DNA of 64,000 nt from assembly GCA_043228905.1 (NCBI GenBank), contig JBHGNT010000026.1:446248-510247 (forward strand), written 5' to 3'. The stretch is from Azolla caroliniana. Its lineage: Eukaryota; Plantae; Polypodiophyta. Numbering within the stretch: position 1 is the first letter of the stretch; each line of letters begins with the position of its first letter. Below are positions 39,701 to 54,700 of this stretch, piece after piece. The notes under the pieces were generated by a model. The model saw only the letters and a list, made by a program, of their open reading frames with translations. It had not been told where the DNA came from and made no database searches. The position numbers and the translations under genes were made by a program.

Positions 39701-42700
39701 CATGACGAAATTACCAAATTTGAGGAGTGAGTTGAGAGGAGCCCTTGAGTAAATTAAAATGGTCATACCTAGCTAGTGTGATATCGGATTTTTGTGTTCA
39801 AACATGCGAATCGAAGCTAACAACGTTAGCTATGATATGGAATTAAAAAATCAAGATTTTGAAACTCAGGTCGAGAGACATGACGAAATTTCCAAATTTC
39901 AGGAGGGAGTTGAGAAGAGCTAGTAGGTAAATTATAATGTTCATACCTAGCTCGTGTTATATCGGATTTTTGTGTTCAAACATGCGAATCGAAGCTAACA
40001 ACGCTAGCAATGATATGGAATTAAAAAATCAAGATTTTGAAACTCAGGTCGAGAGACATGACGAAATTACCAAATTTGAGGAGGGAGTTGAGAAGAGCTA
40101 GTAGGTAAATTATAATGTTCATACCTGGCTCGTGTGATATCGGTTTTTTGTGTTCAAACATGCAAATCGAAGCTAACAACGCTAGCTATGATATAGAATT
40201 AAAAAATAAAGATTTTGAAACTCAGGTCGAGAGACATGACGAAATTACCAAATTTGAGGAGTGAGTTGAGAGGAGCCCTTGAGTAAATTAAAATGGTCAT
40301 ACCTAGCGAGTGTAATATCGGATTTTTGTGTACAAACATGCGAATCGAAGCTAACAACGCTAGCTATGATATGGAATTACAAAATCAAGATTTTGAAACT
40401 CAGGTCGAGAGATATGACGAAATTAGCAAATTTGAGGAGTGAGTTGAGAGGAGCCCTTGAGTAAATTAAAATGGTCATACCTAGCGAGTGTAATATCGGA
40501 TTTTTGTGTACAAACATGCGAATCGAAGCTAACAAGGCTAGCTATGATATGGAATTACAAAATCAAGATTTTGAAACTCAGGTCGAGAGATATGACGAAA
40601 TTAGCAAATTTGAGGAGTGAGTTGAGAGGAGCCCTTGAGTAAATTAAAATGGTCATACCTAGCGAGTGTGATATCGGATTTTTGTGTTCAAACATGCGAA
40701 TCTAAGCTAAATACGCTAGCTATGATATGGAATTAAAAAATCAAGATTTTGAATCTCAGGTCGAGAGACATGACGAAATTACCAAATTTGAGGAGCGAGT
40801 TAAGAAGAGCTATTAGGTAAATTACAATGTTCATACCTGGCTCGTGTGATATCGGTTTTTTGTGTTCAAACATGCGAATCGAAGCTAACAATGCTAGCTA
40901 TGATATGGAATTAAAAAATCAAGATTTTGAAACTCAGGTCGAGAGACATGACGAAATTTCCAAATTTCAGGAGGGAGTTGAGAAGAGCTAGTAGGTAAAT
41001 TAAAATGGTTATACCTAGCGAGTGTGATATCGGATTTTTGTGTTCAAACATGCGAATCGAAGCTAATAACGCTAGCTATGATATGGAATTAAAAAATCAA
41101 GATTTTGCAACTCAAGTCGAGAGACATAAAGAAATTACCAAATTTGAGGAGTGAGGTTGGAAGAGCGCGTGAGTGAATTAAAATGTTCATACCTGGCTCG
41201 TGTGATATCGGATTTTTGTGTTCAAACATGCGAATCGAAGCTAACAACGCTAGCAATGATATGGAATTAAGAAATCAAGATTTTGAAACTCAGGTCGAGA
41301 GACATGACGAAATTAGCAAATTTGAGGAGTGAGTTGAGAGGAGCCCTTGAGTAAATTAAAATGGTCATACCTAGCGAGTGTGATATCGGATTTTTGTGTA
41401 CAAACATGCGAATCGAAGCTAACAACGCTAGCTATGATATGGAATTAAAAAATCAAGATTTTGAAACCCAGGTCGAGAGACATGACGAAATTAGCAAATT
41501 TGAGGAGTGAGTTAGGAGGAGCCCTTGAGTAAATTAAAATGGTCATACCTAGCGAGTGTGATATCGGATTTTTGTGTACAAACATGCGAATCGAAGCTAA
41601 CAACGCTAGCTATGATATGGAATTAAAAAATCAAGATTTTGAAACTCAGGTCGAGAGACATGACGACATTTCCAAATTTCAGGAGGGAGTAGAGAAGAGC
41701 TTGTAGGTAAATTATAATGTTCATACCTGGTTCGTGTGTATTGGATTTTTGTGTTCAAACATTCGAATCGAAGCTAACAACGCTAGCTATGATATGGAAT
41801 TACAAAATCAAGATTTTGAAACTCCAGTCGAGAGACATGATAAAATTACCAAATTTGAGGAGTGACGTTGGAAGAGCGCGTGAGTGAATTAAAATGTTCA
41901 TACCTGGCTCGTGTGATATCGGATTTTTGTGTTCAAACATGCGAATCGAAGCTAACAACGCTAGCTATCATATGGAATTAAGAAATCAAGATTTTGACAC
42001 TGAGGTCGAGAGACATGACGAAATTAGCAAATTTGAGGAGTGAGTTGAGAGGATCCCTTGAGTAAATTAAAATGGTCATACCTAGCGAGTGTGATATCGG
42101 ATTTTTGTGTTCAAACATGCGAATCGAAGCTAACAACGCTAGCTATGATATGGAATTAAAAAATCAAGATTTTGAAACTCAGGTCCAGATACATGACGAA
42201 ATTAGCAAATTTGAGGAGTGAGTTGAGAGGAGCCCTTGAGTAAATTAAAATGTTCATACATAGCGAGTGTGATATCGGATTTTTGTGTGCAAACATGCGA
42301 ATCGAAGCTAACAACGCTAGCTATGATATGGAATTAAAAAATCAAGATTTTGAAACTCAGGTCGAGAGACATGACGAAATTACCAAATTTGAGGAGGGGG
42401 TTGAGAGGGGCCCTTGAGTAAATTAAAATGTTCATACCTAGCTCGTGTGATATCGGATTTTTGTGTTCAAACATGCGAATCGAAGCTAACAACGCTAGCT
42501 ATGATATGGAATAAAAAAAACAAGATTTTGAAACTCAGGTCGAGAGACATGACGAAATTACCAAATTTGAGGAGTGAGTTGAGAGGAGCCCTTGAGTAAA
42601 TTAAAATGGTCATACCTAGCTAGTGTGATATCGGATTTTTGTGTTCAAACATGCGAATCGAAGCTAACAACGTTAGCTATGATATGGAATTAAAAAATCA

Positions 42701-45700
42701 AGATTTTGAAACTCAGGTCGAGAGACATGACGAAATTTCCAAATTTCAGGAGGGAGTTGAGAAGAGCTAGTAGGTAAATTATAATGTTCATACCTAGCTC
42801 GTGTTATATCGGATTTTTGTGTTCAAACATGCGAATCGAAGCTAACAACGCTAGCTATGATATGGAATTACAAAATCAAGATTTTGAAACTCCAGTCGAG
42901 AGACATGATGAAATTTCCAAATTTGACGAGTGACGTTGGAAGAGCGCGTGAGTGAATTAAAATGTTCATACCTGGCTCGTGTGATATCGGATTTTTGTGT
43001 TCAAACATGGAAATCGAAGCTAACAACGCTAGCTATGATATGGAATTAAAAAATCAATATTTTGAAAATCAGGTCGAGAGGCATGACGAAATTAGCAAAT
43101 TTGAGGAGTGAGTTGAGAGGAGCCCTTGAGTAAATTAAAATGTTCATACCTAGTGAGCGTGATATCGGATTTTTGTGTTCAAACATGCGAATCGAAGCTA
43201 ACAACACAAGCTATGATATGGAATTAAAAAATCAAGATTTTGAAACTCAGGTCGAGAGACATGACGAAATTAGCAACCTTGACGAGGGAGTTGAGAGGAG
43301 CCCTTAAGTAAATAAAAATGTTCATACCTAGCTCGTGTGATATCGGATTTTTGTGTTCAAACATGCGAATCGAAGCTAACAACGCTAGCTGTGATTTGGA
43401 ATTAAAAAATCAAGATTTTGCAACTCAAGTCGAGAGACATGACGAAATTAGCAAATTTGAGGAGTGACTTGAGAGGAGCCCTTGAGTAAATTAAAATGTT
43501 CATACCTAGCGAGTGTGATATCGGATTTTTGTGTACAAACATGCGAATCGAAGCTAACAACGCTAGCTATGATATGGAATTAAAAAATCAAGATTTTGAA
43601 ACTCAGGTCGAGAGACATGACGAAATTTCCAAATTTCACGAGGGAGTTGACAAGAGCTAGTAGGTAAATTATAATGTTCATACCTGGTTCGTGTGATATC
43701 GGATTTTTGTGTTCAAACATGCGAATCGAAGCTAACAACGCTAGCTATGATATGGAATTACAAAATCAAGATTTTGAAACTCAGGTCGAGAGACATGACG
43801 AAATTACCAAATTTGAGGAGGGAGTTGAGAGGGGCCCTTGAGTAAATTAAAATGTTCATACCTAGCGAGTGTGATATCGGATTTTTGTGTTCAAACATGC
43901 GAATCGAAGCTAACAACGCTAGCTGTGATTTGGAATTAAAAAATCAAGATTTTGATACTCAAGTCGAGAGACATGACGAAATTAGCAAATTTGAGGAGTG
44001 AGTTGAGAGGAGCCCTTGAGTAAATTAAAATGGTCATACCTAGCGAGTGTGATATCGGATTTTTGTGTTCAAACATGCGAATCGAAGCTAACAACGCTAG
44101 CTGTGATTTGGAATTAAAAAATCAAGATTTTGATACTCAGGTCGAGAGACATGACGAAATTAGCAAATTTGAGGAGTGAGTTGAGAGGAGCCCTTGAGTA
44201 AATTAAAATGGTCATACCTAGCGAGTGTGATATCGGATTTTTGTGTACAAACATGCGAATCGAAGCTAACAACGCTAGCTATGATATGGAATTAAAAAAT
44301 CAAGATTTTGAAACTCAGGTCGAGAGACATGACGAAATTTCCAAATTTCAGGAGGGAGTTGACAAGGAGCCCTTGAGTAAATTAAAATGGTCATACCTAG
44401 CGAGTGTGATATCGGATTTTTGTGTACAAACATGCGAATCGAAGCTAACAACGCTAGCTATGATATGGAATTAAAAAATCAAGATTTTGAAACTCAGGTC
44501 GAGAGACATGACGAAATTACCAAATTTGAGGAGTGAGTTGAGAGGAGCCCTTGAGTAAATTAAAATGGTCATACCTAGCGAGTGTGATATCGGATTTTTG
44601 TGTACAAACATGCGAATCGAAGCTAACAACGCTAGCTATGATATGGAATTAAAAAATCAAGATTTTGAAACTCAGGTCGAGAGACATGACATTTCCAAAT
44701 TTCAGGAGGGAGTTGAGAAGAGCTAGTAGGTAAATTATAATGTTCATACCTGGTTCGTGTGATATTGGATTTTTGTGTTCAAACATTCGAATCGAAGCTA
44801 ACAACGCTAGCTATGATATGGAATTACAAAATCAAGATTTTGAAACTCCAGTCGAGAGACATGATGAAATTGCCAAATTTGACGAGTGACGTTGGAAGAG
44901 CGCGTGAGTGAATTAAAATGTTCATACCTGGCTCGTGTGATATCGGATTTTTGTGTTCAAACATGGAAATCGAAGCTAACAACGCTAGCTATGATATGGA
45001 ATTAAAAAATCAATATTTTGAAAATCAGGTCGAGAGGCATGACGAAATTAGCAAATTTGAGGAGTGAGTTGAGAGGAGCCCTTGAGTAAATTAAAATGTT
45101 CATACCTAGTGAGCGTGATATCGGATTTTTGTGTTCAAACATGCGAATCGAAGCTAACAACGCAAGCTATGATATGGAATTAAAAAATCAAGATTTTGAA
45201 ACTCAGGTCGAGAGACATGACGAAATTAGCAACCTTGACGAGGGAGTTGAGAGGAGCCCTTAAGTAAATAAAAATGTTCATACCTAGCTCGTCTGATATC
45301 GGATTTTTGTGTTCAAACATGCGAATCGAAGCTAACAACGCTAGCTGTGATTTGGAATTAAAAAATCAAGATTTTGCAACTCAAGTCGAGAGACATGACG
45401 AAATTAGCAAATTTGAGGAGTGACTTGAGAGGAGCCCTTGAGTAAATTAAAATGTTCATACCTAGCGAGTGTGATATCGGATTTTTGTGTACAAACATGC
45501 GAATCGAAGCTAACAACGCTAGCTATGATATGGAATTAAAAAATCAAGATTTTGAAACTCAGGTCGAGAGACATGACGAAATTTCCAAATTTCACGAGGG
45601 AGTTGACAAGAGCTAGTAGGTAAATTATAATGTTCATACCTGGTTCGTGTGATATCGGATTTTTGTGTTCAAACATGCGAATCGAAGCTAACAACACTAG

Positions 45701-48700
45701 CTATGATATGGAATTACAAAATCAAGATTTTGAAACTCAGGTCGAGAGACATGACGAAATTACCAAATTTGAGGAGGGAGTTGAGAGGGGCCCTTGAGTA
45801 AATTAAAATGTTCATACCTAGCGAGTGTGATATCGGATTTTTGTGTTCAAACATGCGAATCGAAGCTAACAATGCTAGCTGTGATTTGGAATTAAAAAAT
45901 CAAGATTTTGATACTCAGGTCGAGAGACATGACGAAATTAGCAAATTTGAGGAGTGAGTTGAGAGGAGCCCTTGAGTAAATTAAAATGGTCATACCTAGC
46001 GAGTGTGATATCGGATTTTTGTGTTCAAACATGCGAATCGAAGCTAACAACGCTAGCTGTGATTTGGAATTAAAAAATCAAGATTTTGATACTCAGGTCG
46101 AGAGACATGACGAAATTAGCAAATTTGAGGAGTGAGTTGAGAGGAGCCCTTGAGTAAATTAAAATGGTCATACCTAGCGAGTGTGATATCGGATTTTTGT
46201 GTACAAACATGCGAATCGAAGCTAACAACGCTAGCTATGATATGGAATTAAAAAATCAAGATTTTGAAACTCAGGTCGAGAGACATGACGAAATTTCCAA
46301 ATTTCAGGAGGGAGTTGACAAGAGCTAGTAGGTAAATTATAATGTTCATACCTGGTTCGTGTGATATCGGATTTTTGTGTTCAAACATGCGAATCGAAGC
46401 TAACAACGCTAGCTATGATATGGAATTACAAAATCAAGATTTTGAAACTCAGGTCGAGAGACATGACGAAATTACCAAATTTCAGGAGGGAGTTGAGAGG
46501 AGCCCTTGAGTAAATCAAAATGTTCATACCTAGCGAGTGTGATATCGCACTTTTGTGTACAAACATGCGAATCGAAGCTAACAACGCTAGCTATGATATG
46601 GAATTAAAAAATCAAGATTTTGAAACTCAGGTCGAGAGACATGACGAAATTACCAAATTTGAGGAGTGAGTTGAGAGGAGCCCTTGAATAATTTAAAATG
46701 GTCATACCTAGCGAGTGTGATATCGGATTTTTGTGTACAAACATGCGAATCGAAGCTAACAACGCTAGCTATGATATGGAATTAAAAAATCAAGAGTTTG
46801 AAACTCAGGTCGAGAGACATGACAAAATTTCCAAATTTCAGGAGGGAGTTGAGAAGAGCTAGTAGGTAAATTATAATGTTCATACCTAGTTCGTGTGATA
46901 TCGGATTTTTGTGTTCAAACATTCGAATCGAAGGTAACAACGCTAGCTATGATATGGAATTAAAAAATCAAGATTTTGAAACTCCAGTCGAGAGACATGA
47001 GGAAATTTCCAAATTTGAGGAGTGACGTTGGAAGAGCGCGTGAGTGAATTAAAATGTTCATACCTGGCTCGTGTGATATCGGATTTTTGTGTTCAAACAT
47101 GCGAATCGAAGCTAACAACGCTAGCTATGATATGGAATTAAGAAATCAAGATTTTGACACTCAGGTCGAGAGACATGACGAAATTAGCAAATTTGAGGAG
47201 TGAGGTGAGAGGAGCCCTTGAGTAAATTAAAATGGTCATACTTAGCGAGTGTGATATCGGATTTTTGTGTACAAACATGCGAATCGAAGCTAACAACGCT
47301 AGCTATGATATGGAATTAAAAAATCAAGATTTTGAAACTCAGGTCGAGAGACATGACGACATTTCCAAATTTCAGGAGGGAGTTGAGAAGAGCTAGTAGG
47401 TAAATTATAATGTTCATACCTGGTTCGTGTGATATTGGATTTTTGTGTTCAAACATTCGAATCGAAGCTAACAACGCTAGCTATGATATGGAATTACAAA
47501 ATCAAGATTTTGAAACTCCAGTCGAGAGACATGATGAAATTGCCAAATTTGACGAGTGACGTTGGAAGAGCGCGTGAGTGAATTAAAATGTTCATACCTG
47601 GCTCGTGTGATATCGGATTTTTGTGTTCAAACATGCAAATCGAAGCTAACAACGCTAGCTATGATATGGAATTAAAAAATCAATATTTTGAAAATCAGGT
47701 CGAGAGGCATGACGAAATTAGCAAATTTGAGGAGTGAGTTGAGAGGAGCCCTTGAGTAAATTAAAATGTTCATACCTAGTGAGCGTGATATCGGATTTTT
47801 GTGTTCAAACATGCGAATCGAAGCTAACAACGCTAGCTATGATATGGAATTAAAAAATCAAGATTTTGAAACTAAGGTTGAGAGACATGACGAAATTAGC
47901 AAATTTGAGGAGTGACTTTGGAAGAGCGCGTGAGTGAATTAAAATGTTCATACCTGGCTCGTGTGATATCGGATTTTTGTGTTCAAACATGCTAATCGAA
48001 GCTAACAACGCTAGCTATGATATGGAATTAAAAAATCAAGATTTTGAAACTCAGGTCCAGATACATGACGAAATTAGCAAATTTGAGGAGTGAGTTGAGA
48101 GGAGCCCTTGAGTAAATTAAAATGTTCATACATAGCGAGTGTGATATCGGATTTTTGTGTGCAAACATGCGAATCGAAGCTAACAACGCTAGCTATGATA
48201 TGGAATTAAAAAATCAAGATTTTGAAACTCAGGTCGAGAGACATGACGAAATTACCAAATTTGAGGAGGGGGTTGAGAGGGGCCCTTGAGTAAATTAAAA
48301 TGTTCATACCTAGCTCGTGTGATATCGGATTTTTGTGTTCAAACATGCGAATCGAAGCTAACAACGCTAGCTATGATATGGAATAAAAAAAACAAGATTT
48401 TGAAACTCAGGTCGAGAGACATGACGAAATTACCAAATTTGAGGAGTGAGTTGAGAGGAGCCCTTGAGTAAATTAAAATGGTCATACCTAGCGAGTGTAA
48501 TATCGGATTTTTGTGTACAAACATGCGAATCGAAGCTAACAACGCTAGCTATGATATGGAATTAAAAAATCAAGAGTTTGAAACTCAGGTCGAGAGACAT
48601 GACAAAATTTCCAAATTTCAGGAGGGAGTTGAGAAGAGCTAGTAGGTAAATTATAATGTTCATACCTAGTTCGTGTGATATCGGATTTTTGTGTTCAAAC

Positions 48701-51700
48701 ATTCGAATCGAAGGTAACAACGCTAGCTATGATATGGAATTAAAAAATCAAGATTTTGAAACTCCAGTCGAGAGACATGATGAAATTTCCAAATTTGAGG
48801 AGTGACGTTGGAAGAGCGCGTGAGTGAATTAAAATGTTCATACCTGGCTCGTGTGATATCGGATTTTTGTGTTCAAACATGCGAATCGAAGCTAACAACG
48901 CTAGCTATGATATGGAATTAAGAAATCAAGATTTTGACACTCAGGTCGAGAGACATGACGAAATTAGCAAATTTGATGAGTGAGTTGAGAGGAGCCCTTG
49001 AGTAAATTAAAATGGTCATACCTAGCGAGTGTAATATCGGATTTTTGTGTACAAACATGCGAATCGAAGCTAACAACGCTAGCAATGATATGGAATTAAA
49101 AAATCAAGATTTTGAAACTCAGGTCGAGAGACATGACGAAATTACCAAATTTGAGGAGGGAGTTGAGAAGAGCTAGTAGGTAAATTATAATGTTCATACC
49201 TGGCTCGTGTGATATCGGTTTTTTGTGTTCAAACATGCAAATCGAAGCTAACAACGCTAGCTATGATATAGAATTAAAAAATAAAGATTTTGAAACTCAG
49301 GTCGAGAGACATGACGAAATTACCAAATTTGAGGAGGGGGTTGAGAAGGGCCCTTGAGTAAATTAAAATGTTCATACCTAGCTCGTGTGATATCGGATTT
49401 TTGTGTTCAAACATGCGAATCGAAGCTAACAACGCTAGCTATGATATGGAATAAAAAAAACAAGATTTTGAAACTCAGGTCGAGAGACATGACGAAATTA
49501 CCAAATTTGAGGAGTGAGTTGAGAGGAGCCCTTGAGTAAATTAAAATGGTCATACCTAGCTAGTGTGATATCGGATTTTTGTGTTCAAACATGCGAATCG
49601 AAGCTAACAACGTTAGCTATGATATGGAATTAAAAAATCAAGATTTTGAAACTCAGGTCGAGAGACATGACGAAATTTCCAAATTTCAGGAGGGAGTTGA
49701 GAAGAGCTAGTAGGTAAATTATAATGTTCATACCTAGCTCGTGTTATATCGGATTTTTGTGTTCAAACATGCGAATCGAAGCTAACAACGCTAGCAATGA
49801 TATGGAATTAAAAAATCAAGATTTTGAAACTCAGGTCGAGAGACATGACGAAATTACCAAATTTGAGGAGGGAGTTGAGAAGAGCTAGTAGGTAAATTAT
49901 AATGTTCATACCTGGCTCGTGTGATATCGGTTTTTTGTGTTCAAACATGCAAATCGAAGCTAACAACGCTAGCTATGATATAGAATTAAAAAATAAAGAT
50001 TTTGAAACTCAGGTCGAGAGACATGACGAAATTACCAAATTTGAGGAGTGAGTTGAGAGGAGCCCTTGAGTAAATTAAAATGGTCATACCTAGCGAGTGT
50101 AATATCGGATTTTTGTGTACAAACATGCGAATCGAAGCTAACAACGCTAGCTATGATATGGAATTACAAAATCAAGATTTTGAAACTCAGGTCGAGAGAT
50201 ATGACGAAATTAGCAAATTTGAGGAGTGAGTTGAGAGGAGCCCTTGAGTAAATTAAAATGGTCATACCTAGCGAGTGTAATATCGGATTTTTGTGTACAA
50301 ACATGCGAATCGAAGCTAACAAGGCTAGCTATGATATGGAATTACAAAATCAAGATTTTGAAACTCAGGTCGAGAGATATGACGAAATTAGCAAATTTGA
50401 GGAGTGAGTTGAGAGGAGCCCTTGAGTAAATTAAAATGGTCATACCTAGCGAGTGTGATATCGGATTTTTGTGTTCAAACATGCGAATCTAAGCTAAATA
50501 CGCTAGCTATGATATGGAATTAAAAAATCAAGATTTTGAATCTCAGGTCGAGAGACATGACGAAATTACCAAATTTGAGGAGCGAGTTAAGAAGAGCTAT
50601 TAGGTAAATTACAATGTTCATACCTGGCTCGTGTGATATCGGTTTTTTGTGTTCAAACATGCGAATCGAAGCTAACAATGCTAGCTATGATATGGAATTA
50701 AAAAATCAAGATTTTGAAACTCAGGTCGAGAGACATGACGAAATTTCCAAATTTCAGGAGGGAGTTGAGAAGAGCTAGTAGGTAAATTAAAATGGTTATA
50801 CCTAGCGAGTGTGATATCGGATTTTTGTGTTCAAACATGCGAATCGAAGCTAATAACGCTAGCTATGATATGGAATTAAAAAATCAAGATTTTGCAACTC
50901 AAGTCGAGAGACATAAAGAAATTACCAAATTTGAGGAGTGAGGTTGGAAGAGCGCGTGAGTGAATTAAAATGTTCATACCTGGCTCGTGTGATATCGGAT
51001 TTTTGTGTTCAAACATGCGAATCGAAGCTAACAACGCTAGCAATGATATGGAATTAAAAAATCAAGATTTTGAAACTCAGGTCGAGAGACATGACGAAAT
51101 TAGCAAATTTGAGGAGTGAGTTGAGAGGAGCCCTTGAGTAAATTAAAATGGTCATACCTAGCGAGTGTGATATCGGATTTTTGTGTACAAACATGCGAAT
51201 CGAAGCTAACAACGCTAGCTATGATATGGAATTAAAAAATCAAGATTTTGAAACCCAGGTCGAGAGACATGACGAAATTAGCAAATTTGAGGAGTGAGTT
51301 AGGAGGAGCCCTTGAGTAAATTAAAATGGTCATACCTAGCGAGTGTGATATCGGATTTTTGTGTACAAACATGCGAATCGAAGCTAACAACGCTAGCTAT
51401 GATATGGAATTAAAAAATCAAGATTTTGAAACTCAGGTCGAGAGACATGACGACATTTCCAAATTTCAGGAGGGAGTAGAGAAGAGCTTGTAGGTAAATT
51501 ATAATGTTCATACCTGGTTCGTGTGTATTGGATTTTTGTGTTCAAACATTCGAATCGAAGCTAACAACGCTAGCTATGATATGGAATTACAAAATCAAGA
51601 TTTTGAAACTCCAGTCGAGAGACATGATAAAATTACCAAATTTGAGGAGTGACGTTGGAAGAGCGCGTGAGTGAATTAAAATGTTCATACCTGGCTCGTG

Positions 51701-54700
51701 TGATATCGGATTTTTGTGTTCAAACATGCGAATCGAAGCTAACAACGCTAGCTATCATATGAAATTAAGAAATCAAGATTTTGACACTCAGGTCAAGAGA
51801 CATGACGAAATTAGCAAATTTGAGGAGTGAGTTGAGAGGAGCCCTTGAGTAAATTAAAATGGTCATACCTAGCGAGTGTGATATCGGATTTTTGTGTACA
51901 AACATGCGAATCGAAGCTAACAACGCTAGCTATGATATGGAATTAAAAAATCAAGATTTTGAAACTCAGGTCGAGAGACATGACGACATTTCCAAATTTC
52001 AGGAGGGAGTAGAGAAGAGCTAGTAGGTAAATTATAATGTTCATACCTGGTTCGTGTGATATTGGATTTTTGTGTTCAAACATTCGAATCGAAGCTAACA
52101 ACGCTAGCTATGATATGGAATTACAAAATCAAGATTTTGAAACTCCAGTCGAGAGACATGATAAAATTACCAAATTTGAGGAGTGACGTTGGAAGAGCGC
52201 GTGAGTGAATTAAAATGTTCATACCTGGCTCGTGTGATATCGGATTTTTGTGTTCAAACATGCGAATCGAAGCTAACAACGCTAGCTATCATATGGAATT
52301 AAGAAATCAAGATTTTGACACTGAGGTCGAGAGACATGACGAAATTAGCAAATTTGAGGAGTGAGTTGAGAGGATCCCTTGAGTAAATTAAAATGGTCAT
52401 ACCTAGCGAGTGTGATATCGGATTTTTGTGTTCAAACATGCGAATCGAAGCTAACAACGCTAGCTATGATATGGAATTAAAAAATCAAGATTTTGAAACT
52501 CAGGTCCAGATACATGACGAAATTAGCAAATTTGAGGAGTGAGTTGAGAGGAGCCCTTGAGTAAATTAAAATGTTCATACATAGCGAGTGTGATATCGGA
52601 TTTTTGTGTGCAAACATGCGAATCGAAGCTAACAACGCTAGCTATGATATGGAATTAAAAAATCAAGATTTTGAAACTCAGGTCGAGAGACATGACGAAA
52701 TTACCAAATTTGAGGAGGGGGTTGAGAGGGGCCCTTGAGTAAATTAAAATGTTCATACCTAGCTCGTGTGATATCGGATTTTTGTGTTCAAACATGCGAA
52801 TCGAAGCTAACAACGCTAGCTATGATATGGAATAAAAAAAACAAGATTTTGAAACTCAGGTCGAGAGACATGACGAAATTACCAAATTTGAGGAGTGAGT
52901 TGAGAGGAGCCCTTGAGTAAATTAAAATGGTCATACCTAGCTAGTGTGATATCGGATTTTTGTGTTCAAACATGCGAATCGAAGCTAACAACGTTAGCTA
53001 TGATATGGAATTAAAAAATCAAGATTTTGAAACTCAGGTCGAGAGACATGACGAAATTTCCAAATTTCAGGAGGGAGTTGAGAAGAGCTAGTAGGTAAAT
53101 TATAATGTTCATACCTAGCTCGTGTTATATCGGATTTTTGTGTTCAAACATGCGAATCGAAGCTAACAACGCTAGCTATGATATGGAATTACAAAATCAA
53201 GATTTTGAAACTCCAGTCGAGAGACATGATGAAATTTCCAAATTTGACGAGTGACGTTGGAAGAGCGCGTGAGTGAATTAAAATGTTCATACCTGGCTCG
53301 TGTGATATCGGATTTTTGTGTTCAAACATGGAAATCGAAGCTAACAACGCTAGCTATGATATGGAATTAAAAAATCAATATTTTGAAAATCAGGTCGAGA
53401 GGCATGACGAAATTAGCAAATTTGAGGAGTGAGTTGAGAGGAGCCCTTGAGTAAATTAAAATGTTCATACCTAGTGAGCGTGATATCGGATTTTTGAAAC
53501 TCAGGTCGAGAGACATGACGAAATTACCAAATTTGAGGAGTGAGTTGAGAGGAGCCCTTGAGTAAATTAAAATGGTCATACCTAGCTAGTGTGATATCGG
53601 ATTTTTGTGTTCAAACATGCGAATCGAAGCTAACAACGTTAGCTATGATATGGAATTAAAAAATCAAGATTTTGAAACTCAGGTCGAGAGACATGACGAA
53701 ATTTCCAAATTTCAGGAGGGAGTTGAGAAGAGCTAGTAGGTAAATTATAATGTTCATACCTAGCTCGTGTTATATCGGATTTTTGTGTTCAAACATGCGA
53801 ATCGAAGCTAACAACGCTAGCTATGATATGGAATTACAAAATCAAGATTTTGAAACTCCAGTCGAGAGACATGATGAAATTTCCAAATTTGACGAGTGAC
53901 GTTGGAAGAGCGCGTGAGTGAATTAAAATGTTCATACCTGGCTCGTGTGATATCGGATTTTTGTGTTCAAACATGGAAATCGAAGCTAACAACGCTAGCT
54001 ATGATATGGAATTAAAAAATCAATATTTTGAAAATCAGGTCGAGAGGCATGACGAAATTAGCAAATTTGAGGAGTGAGTTGAGAGGAGCCCTTGAGTAAA
54101 TTAAAATGTTCATACCTAGTGAGCGTGATATCAAGATTTTGAAACTCAGGTCGAGAGACATGACGAAATTTCCAAATTTCAGGAGGGAGTTGACAAGGAG
54201 CCCTTGAGTAAATTAAAATGGTCATACCTAGCGAGTGTGATATCGGATTTTTGTGTACAAACATGCGAATCGAAGCTAACAACGCTAGCTATGATATGGA
54301 ATTAAAAAATCAAGATTTTGAAACTCAGGTCGAGAGACATGACGAAATTACCAAATTTGAGGAGTGAGTTGAGAGGAGCCCTTGAGTAAATTAAAATGGT
54401 CATACCTAGCGAGTGTGATATCGGATTTTTGTGTACAAACATGCGAATCGAAGCTAACAACGCTAGCTATGATATGGAATTACAAAATCAAGATTTTGAA
54501 ACTCCAGTCGAGAGACTTGATGAAATTGCCAAATTTGAGGAGTGACGTTGGAAGAGCGCGTGAGTGAATTAAAATGTTCATACCTGGCTCGTGTGATATC
54601 GGATTTTTGTGTTCAAACATGCAAATCGAAGCTAACAACGCTAGCTATGATATAGAATTAAAAAATAAAGATTTTGAAACTCAGGTCGAGAGACATGACG

